NCBI RefSeq assembly: GCF_000281045.1
Contig: NW_008246068.1
Coordinates: 1,260,036-1,320,281 of the forward strand
Direction of reading: 5' to 3'
Length of the DNA stretch: 60,246 nt
Origin: Saprolegnia diclina VS20
Lineage: Eukaryota
Program-made: the position numbers and the translations under genes
Part shown: one piece after another, positions 12,301-22,978 of the stretch
Position numbering within the stretch: the first letter of the stretch is position 1
Layout of the letters: every line of letters begins with the position of its first letter
Notes under the pieces: model-generated
The model's database searches: none
What the model saw: only the letters and a program-made list of their open reading frames with translations
Told to the model about the DNA's origin: nothing

Positions 12301-13935
12301 TCAATAGATCGGCGGCTCTTTCGCACCGGTCTTCCACTTGGTTATCCGAAAATCCTTGACGGTCGGGAGCTTCACGGGCGACGCAAAGAGCTGCGGGAGG
12401 CCGATCGTCGGGCAGCTCTCGGCTCGCAGCAGCTGGTGCGTATCTTGCTTGGCCTTTTGATGCGTCAAAACATGCTTCTGGAGCGAGTCGAGCGGTAAGG
12501 GCTTGACACAGACGGCGCTTTTCGAGACACTAGTGTCGTGGCTGTTGAGCATTTTGCTGTAGTTGCGCTGTGCATTGAAGAGCTCGTGCTTGGATTTGAC
12601 GTGGCGCGGCGTGAGCACGTTGGCCGGGTCGACCCGAAACGCAACTTCTTTTGGGTCGACGAGGCACGCGGTGACGCCTTTGGACGACTTGAGGTCAAAG
12701 AGCCGCTCCTTGGCGCGTAATTTGTTCATGGTTTTGCTAAAGACCCCCTTGTCGTTGGCGAGCAGATGGGCAATCTAGGACATTTGTCTACATAGCACAC
12801 GAAAATAATGTACATATGTCGTGTCTACCTGGTCGTCCGACTTGTTTGTGTACGCGGCGTTGAACTTCCACATGTCGCCGGCATTGCGTGTGACAAACTC
12901 TCTTGCCATGAGCAGTCGCCCTTCGGCTTGGAGCTTGGCCTGCACGTGACGCTCGTGCATGACGCGCTCACTTGCATCAATGACGCCGTCGCCGTTCAGG
13001 TCCGAGGCGGCGAGGCCATGCAGCGTCGACTGCTTGAGTTGCACGTGGAGTTGCATCTCGTAGTCGTCGATGACGCCGTCGCCATCAATGTCGATCGCGC
13101 CATAGTCGTTGGTAAACACCTGCTTGGTGTGGACATTATTGTCTGTCGACGGTAGGACATCGTCCAAGGCCTCGAGGTCCAGTTGCAGCGCGTCATCTTT
13201 TTCAAAGAGCGCATATTTCGACGAGCCGGCTTGGAGCGCGGCGCGTGCTTGGAGCTGCGAAGGCGTCCGCAGCTTGCGCTGCGTGTAGACCCACGTCTGC
13301 GGCCCGTTCTCGTCCTCGTCGTTGCTATCGCGATTGTGACGCGGCAGCGCGGCTTCGAGCGCCGACGGTTCACCGAGGCACGACCGGAGGTGTTGCGACG
13401 ACCGAATCGTGCGCTGGCGCTCGACCGTCTCGAGGTATGGCATGAGCTTGACAAAGTTCTTGTGCTCGGCAATGCACCGAACAGCCTCGTCGTTGGACTT
13501 TCCGGCAAAGACGGTGCCGTAGCGCCAGAGCTTGCCGTTGTTGCGGTCGACGAACTCGTGTGCGATCGTATATTTGCCGACGGCCACGCGCATCGCAGTG
13601 AGCTCGGCGTCAGTTGGTGCCTGGCCGGTTTGCTCCAGATTCGACGTGATCTCGTGGAGGTACTTGGCCATGCGCATCTCGCGAACGTCAATGATACCGT
13701 CGCCATCAATGTCGGTGGCGATGACCGCCGACCGCTTGGCAGCGAGGGCCGCCTTGGCGTCGTCGACGGCCTTGGCGCGGGCGATTTTGCCGTGGACGAG
13801 TTGCGGCGCGACCGGCAGCTCGTCTTTGGTCGAGAGGTATTTCCACCGGTCGCGTGTATTGAGGTTCGTGGCGCCACCGGATGGCCGTCGCACGCGCCGC
13901 CCCGTCTTGCGCTTCTCACCGCTGCCGCTGTGCAT
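12301..13935 (-). CDS. Hypothetical protein with three DxDGDG Ca-binding loops and an internally duplicated module (2 exons)
   Basis: DIDGDGIIDVREM, DIDGDGVIDDYEM, DLNGDGVIDASE; an intron at ~12775-12828 joins the two ORFs in frame. Confidence 0.75.
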
Positions 13936-14972
13936 GTTGCGAAAACTACGACTGCGCGTGTAGGTTGACGCCTAAATTTAGTTGAGCATTCGACTATTAT
14001 ATACGAGTGTAGGACAAACCGAACACAGTGTCCACTTAACGTCAAGGTAGTTAGCTCGCTGCCTTCACGAGTGTTTTGTCCAAGCTCAATCGAATTCATT
14101 TCCAACGAGGTTGCTGACGATGCAGCCATGGACTAGAGCCGCCTTGCAAGTCGTTCTTACGGTGTAAGCTACATGACAGTACAATTGGGCCAGAAATGAC
14201 GGTCTTTTACGAGAAATACGGTACTCTGACGGTAGCGCGGATTGGCTATCAACCCAGAAAGTGCAATCTCGCCGATTCGCAGACTCGACAGGATCGTCGC
14301 GCGTGCTCGGGGCCTTCAGCAGCGCTGGCATAGTAGCCTCTCGCCGGCGTATACCAAGCTGCTCGAAATCGTACGCATCGAGCGCCATCTCCAGGCCGCG
14401 CTTCGACGTCACGCTCCTGAGTTCAACTGGACGCGCAACTATGCTGCTCGTCAGTACAAGTAGCCAGCAAACAAGGTTCGCTGCACCAAGCTGCTCCTCG
14501 CTACGGCCGTCCTATTATGGATAGCCCTATGGAGTCCAGGAATGGCCGTTGGATTTAACAAGAGCTGACCGACAGCTCAATCAGTCGACGCAATACACGA
14601 TGCTTTCTCAGTCGATTCCATCGCTGTCGAGCTCTACTTCCTCCTCTAGCTTCTCGGAGCCCAAGCTAGCCACCTTTGTAACGCCAGACCAATGGTAAAT
14701 GATCCGCCCTCGCCAAATATACGGTCGACGCCAGGTCGCACCAAACGGGACTCGCAGCACGGGACTGGCAAGCGGTCTCGAGACACCATCCCGCCCGATC
14801 GACATTGTAGCTCAGTCGTACCGTATCACAGCTTTTATAGTGTCGAGTTGAATTTGTAGAGGCAGGCTTCGTGACCTCCACCGCTTTCCGCAATGTGGTG
14901 GGCGCGGCCAAGTAACGCCATTCACAGAGTTTGGTGGATCGTTACTACTTTTCCAGTTCTTATTTCTAAACT

Positions 14973-16114
14973 ATGGCCAACGCCGCCGCCGTCGCCGTCC
15001 CGATCGTCGTCGCTGTCGTCCTCGTCTACGTCGTCATGACGCGCAGCATCAAGATCGTCAAGGAGAAGGAGACGATGGTCATTGAGCGACTTGGACGCGT
15101 GCACATGGTGCTTTCGCCAGGCTTCCACCTCATCCTTCCGTTCATCGACCGGCCTCGCACTCATGACCAAAAGTACATAGTCGAAGTCAGCGGACGCTTG
15201 ACGCTTGTCGACAAGGAAGGATACGAGACGATTTCAACGCAAAACGAAGTGCTGGACTTTGCCAAGCAGCCCGTCATTACGCGCGACAACGCCGCCATCT
15301 TCCTCGACGCCGTCCTCCAATACTCGATCACGAGCCCACGCACGTACATTTACACGGTCAAGAACCTCCCGCACCTCCTCAGCGTCCTGCTGCAAGCGCA
15401 GATCCGCAACGTCGCCGGGTCGCTCGACGTCGACCAGATCATTGAAGACACGGCGCAGATGGACCGCGTCTCGAGCCTCATGGACGCTGCGGCGGTGCAG
15501 TATGGCGTCAAAATCTCCATGGTCAAGATCCAACGCGTCGACGCCGGCAACCTCAGCCAAGTGCTCGCTGCAAAGAAGCAGGCGGACTTGAAGAACAAGG
15601 AAATCTTCATCCAGGCCAAAGCACTTAAGCAAACGACCGTCATCAACGCTGAGGGGAACCGCGACCGGATGATCAAGGAGGCCGAAGGCGAGGCGCAGCA
15701 AACCTTGTCACGCGGTACCGCTCCTCCCCTTTCATTTTGCTCAAGAGCACCAATTTTGTCTCTAGCCCGCGGCGAAGCCCAAGCCATTGTCAACGCGGCC
15801 AACGCCGAAGCCCGCAGTATCAAGGAGGTCGAAACTATCAATCTATCAAGCTTGATCCAAACGGGCGACGTAGATTTCCAAAGTCGTGACGCGCAATGGC
15901 GAGGACCCGCTGCGGTACCTCTTGGCACTCAAGTACATTGAGGTCATGCGCCAAATTCTGTCGCTCAAGCACACCGAGGTACGCATCGAGAACCACTACC
16001 TTGCATCGTCGGACCCTAACCGCGTTGCAGGTCCAACTCATGCCCTTCGAAACCACATTCCTGCAGACTATCAAAGGCTTTGGTCTCAATACCGTCGCGC
16101 CGACGCGTACATAG
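14973..16114 (+). CDS. SPFH/band-7 (stomatin-like) membrane protein
   Basis: N-terminal TM; IVKEKETMVIERLGR...PGFHLILPFIDR; VITRDNA; IRNVAGSLDVDQI; AEGxAQ coiled coil; three short introns near the 3' end. Confidence 0.9.
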
Positions 16115-16273
16115 TCGGCTTCCTAAAACATACAACTCAACGAGTTCTGTACTTTCTATCTACATAACCTCCACTTGCCTTGACCCGCCCTCCGCCTCGC
16201 CCATTCCAGTTCACGGAACACAGTCATTTCGTACGTTATCACGTCAACTCTGCACTCGGCACAGCAGACAAGC

Positions 16274-19200
16274 TCAGGCTACCATCGTCACATCGTCACG
16301 CGTCACGGTCGGGACCGTCAGCAAGGCGTGCACCTGCGCTTTGAGCGCGGACGTAATCGCGAGTGCTTGTACTTGGTCCCGACTCGCTTGGACGAGCGTA
16401 GGTAGCTGTTGGAGCTCGTACGCGAAGCTCGACACGTTGAATTCGATGCGGCGGGGCGTCTGCGCTGCATGAACGAGCGCCGGCACGTCGTCCTGCAGCA
16501 CGTAGGCGTCGTCCAGAAGCGACTTGGCGCGCTGCAGTCGAGTGAAAAGGCCCGCGACGTTGTTCAAGGGGACCTCTGTCGCGTTGGAAAAGACCAGTCC
16601 GATCAGAACACGGTGCGTCACGTCACGTGGCGTCTGCAGTTGCACGTGCAGCGACAGCGTCGATGCTTCGTAGTGCCAGTGGTCGACTGCTGAACCGTCG
16701 TTGCCGAGGAGCTTGCCGTTGACGGCCACCGACATCGGCGGGCGGACATGGCGGACCACAACCTCATACGACCGCGCTGTTGGCATTGTCGGAAAGAACC
16801 CGGCGACAGGCTCGATAGTAATGACGCCGAGATTTGGCACATCCATGCGATAGTTGAACACAGTGAATGCGTATTCGTTGTTGGTCGTATACGCGTCCGA
16901 GTCGCCGCCATCTTCGTACACCACACCCGAGCCAAATGGAACACCGGCAACAACAAGGAGCCGCAATAAAGCTGGTAAACGCTGGGCCGCGCCGAGGCTC
17001 GAACCCGAGTCCGACCCGTCGAGCGGCACAATACTGCCAGCGCGAAGGAACCTAACAACGTTGAGCACGTCCGCATGGCGATAGATGCATATACCGAGGC
17101 ATCTCGCCAAGCGTAAACTGCGCCGTGTACTTGGCTGGACCCGAGTAAAGTGCACCAAAGGTCTCGTCGAACCAGAGACCGGGCGGGACCCAGACATGGC
17201 GCGTCGCGGTCTGCGTCGACTGGTTCAGTGGCGCCACTATCGGCGCAACCAAGTACGCCGAACCAAAGAGGTACTGGTCGCTATGGTCGTACGCCGCTTC
17301 GAGGTCGGGCCACTCGAGGTAGAGCGCGTGGAGGAGCCCGACGCCCGATGTAAACGTCTCTCGCGCCTACGCCACATGGACGAAGATAGAACTATCGCAT
17401 TTGTACAAATAACGCACCGCCGTATAAATGTAGGGCACGAGTTGTCGTCGGAGGGTCATAAATTCGTGCATGATTCCATAAAATGGATCTGGAAATTTCC
17501 AGATGCGGCGATCAGCATGGACATCCTACGTCCAATATAACGTTTTGGATCTCAATCAGAAAATATAGTCGAAAAAAGTTGATAGACCTTCATCGAGTGG
17601 GTGCGAAAAATCGGCGAAAAGACCCCCCACTGAATCCAGCGCGTGTAGAGCTCGGGGTCGCTTCCGTGAAGGAACCCGCCGAGGTCGTGGCTCCAGTAGC
17701 CAAAACCTACGTTGGCAGCCGACGCCGTGAACGCCGGTTGGAAGGCCAGCGACGCCCACGATGCCTCGACGTCCCCCGAAAAGCCCACGGGGTACCGGTG
17801 GCTGCCGAGGCCGCCAAACCGATGCAATAGCAGCGGTCGCGTCTTGGACTGGGGCCAGTGGTACGGGTTTGTAAAGAAAACGTGGTTGAGCCACAGCGTC
17901 GGGCTCAAGCTCGCGCGGGCTTGGTCATGCGCGACGAACCAGTCTTCGCCCTGCTGCCAGTCGAGCCACCAAAAGTCGACGCCATTCACTTCATGTGGGC
18001 GCAAACTTAACGTGAGCCACGCCGACGCAAACGTCTGATTGGTCAAATCAAACGGCACGTAGCGCTTCGTCGCCGGATCGATGCCCATGGCGGTCGCGAC
18101 AGCCGCGTACGACTCTTCCCACGGCTGGACACCGGACGCCGGATGCAAGTTGAGCGTCACACGAAGGCCCTCTGCGTGCAAGTGCTGCAAAAATGACTTG
18201 GGCGACGGGAATAATTCCTTGTTCCACGTGAGCCTACACTCAATTAGGTAGGGGTAGGGTAGGGCAAGGGTACCCGGTCCAGCCTTTGGGTTGCTGGGCT
18301 TGGTCGAGCGTGTGGTTTTTGTAAAACGTGAGGTGCCAGTCCATGTCGAGGACGATTGTATCGAGCGGAATGTGTCGCGACGCGTAGTCGGCCGCGAGTC
18401 CTTCGACTTCGACGTCGCTATACGCCCACCAACGCGAGTAGAACACTCCAAACGCATACCTAGTTGGAGCCCATCAGAAAGATAGTGCAGCCAGTAGTCG
18501 CACCGGGGCGGCAGCGGCACGGGACCGGCGATCGCCGTAAACTCGCGCAAGGCGTCCTTGAACCGGCGACCATGCCCGAAAAAGTACAGATCTTGGGACG
18601 ACTGCGGGCTGTAGTAGCACACAAAGCCGTGCGGGAGCGGGTTCGCCTACACTAATTCATGAGGCGGCGGACGGCGTATCGGTAAAAGGATGTCGTGTAC
18701 GTCGTCAAAGCAGCAGCCGACGGCGACGCATTCGTCTTCCGAAGCAATGTTGGCGCCGCAGATGCGCCGCTCGTTGGGTGGAATGATCGCACACGCATGC
18801 CCGGGCGACGGCGCGCTGCCCTTGGGCACGAGCCACGGGTAGCTGGCGTTGCTGAGCTCGTAGCTGAGCGAGTCATCGAGCACGACGTAGCCTCGCTTGC
18901 TGCCGACACCGTACGTGCAGTGCGAGTCGGCAATGTAGTCGGGCCCACCGGCGTGGCAGTCGAGATTGACCGACCCGTTGGTCATGTCGAGTGTTCGAAT
19001 GGTGCCGGTCAAGCGACTCGTGTCATTGTCGGAGTACGAAGGGATCCAAGTCGCGCTATTGTGACCCACAGAAAGCACCGTCACGCGCAGATTGCCGTCG
19101 CCAAACGACGTGGCCGAGCGCGGATCGTAGTGGAGCGCAAGATGCGACGTCGTGATCGTGAGCCAGCCGTCGTCGTCGTGGTCGACGTGGAACGACGGCA

Positions 19201-19408
19201 CGGCGAGGCGTCGGTTGGTCACAACCATCGTCGCCCGGTCCCGGAAGCTGTTGGTGAGGCTCCACTCCATGCGGATGACTTGCGCCGTGAGCACCGTGAA
19301 GCGGGCGTGGCCGGCAAGGACGACGGCGGCAGAGTCCGCGACAGGGTCCGCGCCCAAGGCGACGCTGGCGACGACCAGCGCCGCAAGCAGAGAAAGCAGC
19401 TGCGCCAT
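16274..19408 (-). CDS. Secreted glycoside hydrolase family 31 (WWLDWQQG subtype) with an inserted trefoil/P-type domain and C-terminal beta-sandwich
   Basis: Signal peptide MAQLLSLLAALVVASVALG; ARFTVLTAQVIRMEWS; DLYFFGHG; SRWWAY; IVLDMDWH; VTLNLHP; DFWWLDWQQG; HRYPVGFSGD; YWSHDLGG; ELYTRWIQWGVFSPIFRTH; VYEDGGDS. Confidence 0.9.
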
Positions 19409-20009
19409 TCGGGGCAAGAATCTCAATGACGGTCGGATATCTTTGGTTGAGGTTGGCATCCGGTTGCCGGTCGGCGGCAGCGCCAAGTGCAAACTCGAAA
19501 GCATTTCATGTTCCTGACCGTATCTTACACTATTTATGCACGGTATGTCTTGGGCACATATTTACATCAAACGTCCTTCTTGACGAGCTCGATGCCTAGA
19601 GCCTCCAAGGAACACACACCCTTGTGAGCAACCGGCATGCGAGTTCTAAGCTAGGAGCTCAACAAGGATCACCGGCGTCCGCCCAGGGCGTCCGCCCAGG
19701 GCGCTTGCCGAGATTCAATAAGACACTATTTACGGAATTTCGAAGCAAACATGTCGAAATACTGTTTGCAAATACGGGCAGCGCGTATACTGTCGGCATG
19801 CAACGACACTGTGGCCGTGGCACGCTGCGCAATTCCTAAGTTGTTGGGCTGAGCACGGTCTTGACACCTCTTCCGGCCTTCATGTGGTGCCCACGACGCG
19901 TCTGCACTGTCACACTATTTCTTCTGTTTTTCAAGAGAAAGGCTGTGCTGTGACACGCGCCGTGCAGGCTTCGTCCCAAGCGCCCGCAGACGACAAAAGC
20001 ACAGGACCG

Positions 20010-22805
20010 ATGGAGCCGACGATCTTCGTGCGCAATATGGCCGACGGCGACGTCACCCGCCACGCGCTGCTGCTGCTCGAGTGCGAGTTCATGTGCGACT
20101 GGGACCTCCCGACGAATGTGCTCGCCGAGGTGCAGATCGGCGACGCCGCCACGTACTGGCCGGTCGCGCCGTCCGGTCGCTTCAAGGCGCTCGTGCATCT
20201 GCCGCGCGTCGGCGCGCACGACATTGTCATCAACGTCGCCGAGTGCTACACGTTCCTCTCGGTCACGTACGCGCTTCCGACCACCGACCACAAGATCCGC
20301 TTCCACTACCAGAAATGCGCCGGTGACGACGGGTCGTTTGACGCGCCTCGGGGCGCCGACAACTCGGAGGCGATGGCAGTCGCCAAGATCAAGTTTAATG
20401 CGCTCTTGTTGCAGACGGCGATGGCGGCGCTCCTGCCCAACCACGAGACCTTTGCCCTCGAAGTCGACGAGGACGGCCAGCCGATCGTGCACGTGATCGA
20501 AACGAGCTTTGGCCTCGCTGCTGCCCACGCCGCGACCGACCAAGAGCTCTACGCGCTTGTCGCCAAGGACATGGAGGCGCTGGGGTATCACCACTGCGTG
20601 CGCGGGACGCAGTGGAAGCACGCTGTCATCCTCGGCTGCTCGCGCTACAACCCGTCGACGCGCAAGGCCGACGGGCACTTGGCACTCGGCGGCAATGCGC
20701 ACGCGATGTTTGGCGCCTGCGGCTTGCACACGTGGGCAGCCACCGTCGGTGAAGTGTCGAGCAAGTTTCTCGATGGGACGCTCATCGATGCGTCCCGGCT
20801 GCTCGATGACAGCTGCCACCGCAAGACCCACTGGGCCAACTACGCGACGGGCCTTGGCGCCTTCTTGCACGAGCTCGGCCATGCGCTCGGGCTCGGCCAT
20901 GCGGTCGACGGCATCATGGCCCGGGGCTTTGACAACCTCAACCGGCTCTTTTGCATTTTTGAGCCCAAGCCTTTGCTCCAAGGCGCGGTCTATTCGCACG
21001 CGTACGCCGACGGCAAGCTCATGCTGCACCAGCAACAAGTGGTCGAAGTGTCGGACGTCCACGGCGCGCACTGGCACCGCGCGGATGTGCTGCGCCTGCG
21101 CACGTGCAAGTGGCTCGCAGCATCGCGGGTGCTCGAGCCGAGTGGCGCGCCGGCGGTCAATTGGCGCCGGGATTTGCTTGGACCGGTTGGGTATGGCACC
21201 CACGACGGCCAACTCACGCCATTTGAAGCCAACGACGAGACGACTGCGGGCATTTTGATCACGTCTGGTGCGTACGTCGACCGGCTGGAGCAACTCTCGC
21301 CGTCGACGCTCAACGATTTGCTCCTCGCCGATCTTAGCGTCGGTGGCAACCAAGATCTCTTTGTACTGCTCGACCACGAGTACATTTTGCGGGTCGATGT
21401 CCACGCCGTCGCTTGGGTCGACGGCCTTCGGTTCCACACCAACCTCCGCACGACGCGCATGTATGGCGGTGGCAGTGGCATTGCACCGCGGTCGCTGGTC
21501 GCGCCACGTGGGCACTACATTGCGTCGCTCTTTGGAGCCCACGGCCAGCACCATCTCGGGCGCGTCGGCGCCGTCGTTCGCCGCCTGCCGTCGACCGAGC
21601 TAACACGGACGCTGCTGCCGGCACCGACAACGGCCACGACTGGGCTGTTTGCATCGGCGCTCTCGTCGTTGTTTGGCCCGACCGTGCATACTCTCCCGGC
21701 GGTTGGCGACGGCGCCTACGACGGCGACCAAGACCCATTTTCGTTCAAAGACGGACTGGGTGCGGTCGTCATCTCGTGTGCGACGTATGTGACCAACCTC
21801 AAGTGCCTCTCGGTGTCGGAGGCGGCGGCGCAGCTGGCCGACGGCTTGTACTGCAGCGACGACCAACACGTCTTTGCGCTCGTACCGGGCGAACACCTCG
21901 TCCAAGTCGACGTTCGGTCGGGCGCGTGGGTTGACGCACTCCGATTTGTCACCAACAAGCGCGTCACGCCGTGGTATGGCGGCGACGGCGGCGTCTCGTC
22001 GGCGCTCGTGTGCCCGCCAAGACATGCGATCGTCGGCTTTTTCGGCTCGATTGGCGACAACTACGTCGGGACCTTGGGCGCCTACTACTCGGAGCTGCCG
22101 CCGACAACTGTGCCACAAGCACCGACGTCGGTCGTCGCGCCGCTGGAGGCGCCCGTGTCGACACCGATCGGTGTTGTGGTTGTCGCGACGGCCACCGACG
22201 TCCAGCTTGTTGCAACGTTTGCATCGATGGCGGCGTACGCCGAACTCCGCGCCCAGCATCCGCACCATGTTGTCTTTGTCTTTGCCGAGCACGATACGCT
22301 CGTGCAAGTCGACGTGTGCCGCCCGGACGGCGTCACAGTCACTGGCGTCGGTCTGCACTCGGCCCGCCTCGGCAGCGCGTGGTATGGTCACTTTGACGCG
22401 GCGTCACTCGCCTACTTGAGCGCACCAAGCGCATATCTCTCGCATCTGCACATTGCCGGCGCCGACGTCTCGTACGAGTTTGCGGCGACGACGTCAACGA
22501 CGACGGCACCAACGTTTCTCAACGATGGTACGACGGTGGTCGACGCCGGCGAGGCCAACGCCTGCCTCGACTCGCGTGTCGGTCTTGTCGCGGCGGTGGT
22601 CTGCCGCCACAACAATGGCGACGCACTTGTCGACAAGACGCTCGAGTGGTCCAACGTGTCGCTGGACACGACACCGCCGTTGACGTGGTATGTGTCGCGC
22701 GCCATTGTGAGCAAGAGCCTGCCGGACGCTGCGACGCCGCACGGACTCTTGGCGATTGATGTCGCTGGCGTCACTACGTATGCGCCGAGTGGTGACTTTT
22801 CGTAA
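20010..22805 (+). CDS. Zinc metallopeptidase (YIL108W/Metallopep-like) with C-terminal jacalin-like lectin repeats
   Basis: HELGHALGLGH zinc motif plus GIMARGF; DGSFDAP, HLALGG, FGACGLHTW, ANYATGLGAF; jacalin-like repeats AWVDGLRFHTNLRTTRMYGGGSG and AWVDALRFVTNKRVTPWYGGDGG...IVGFFGSIG. Single ORF. Confidence 0.85.
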   Translation: MEPTIFVRNMADGDVTRHALLLLECEFMCDWDLPTNVLAEVQIGDAATYWPVAPSGRFKALVHLPRVGAHDIVINVAECYTFLSVTYALPTTDHKIRFHYQKCAGDDGSFDAPRGADNSEAMAVAKIKFNALLLQTAMAALLPNHETFALEVDEDGQPIVHVIETSFGLAAAHAATDQELYALVAKDMEALGYHHCVRGTQWKHAVILGCSRYNPSTRKADGHLALGGNAHAMFGACGLHTWAATVGEVSSKFLDGTLIDASRLLDDSCHRKTHWANYATGLGAFLHELGHALGLGHAVDGIMARGFDNLNRLFCIFEPKPLLQGAVYSHAYADGKLMLHQQQVVEVSDVHGAHWHRADVLRLRTCKWLAASRVLEPSGAPAVNWRRDLLGPVGYGTHDGQLTPFEANDETTAGILITSGAYVDRLEQLSPSTLNDLLLADLSVGGNQDLFVLLDHEYILRVDVHAVAWVDGLRFHTNLRTTRMYGGGSGIAPRSLVAPRGHYIASLFGAHGQHHLGRVGAVVRRLPSTELTRTLLPAPTTATTGLFASALSSLFGPTVHTLPAVGDGAYDGDQDPFSFKDGLGAVVISCATYVTNLKCLSVSEAAAQLADGLYCSDDQHVFALVPGEHLVQVDVRSGAWVDALRFVTNKRVTPWYGGDGGVSSALVCPPRHAIVGFFGSIGDNYVGTLGAYYSELPPTTVPQAPTSVVAPLEAPVSTPIGVVVVATATDVQLVATFASMAAYAELRAQHPHHVVFVFAEHDTLVQVDVCRPDGVTVTGVGLHSARLGSAWYGHFDAASLAYLSAPSAYLSHLHIAGADVSYEFAATTSTTTAPTFLNDGTTVVDAGEANACLDSRVGLVAAVVCRHNNGDALVDKTLEWSNVSLDTTPPLTWYVSRAIVSKSLPDAATPHGLLAIDVAGVTTYAPSGDFS

Positions 22806-22978
22806 ACCCTAATCCACGAGTTGATGCAGACCAAGTGTTTGTAGAAGAAGACTCTTCTCGCCGAAATAAAGTTAGAGGAATGAGATATCAGAACCAGTAG
22901 TTTGAGTGCGCCTAGCGCTGCGTATATGCTACGCACAAGACTCAAGCAAGCAAGGAGGTCGGTAGTGGGTTAGTAGAA

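Noticed and set aside
14086..14911. Short ORFs in the intergenic region before the SPFH gene
   Set aside because: No recognisable motif and atypical codon usage; possibly a decayed gene or TE, but not supportable.
18243..18270. Telomere-like GGGTAGGG runs (also ~11585 and the G-run at ~7480)
   Set aside because: Only 2-3 imperfect units, within introns or intergenic DNA; not a telomeric array.
19674..19703. 13-bp tandem duplication GGCGTCCGCCCAG x2
   Set aside because: Too short to interpret; ordinary slippage.
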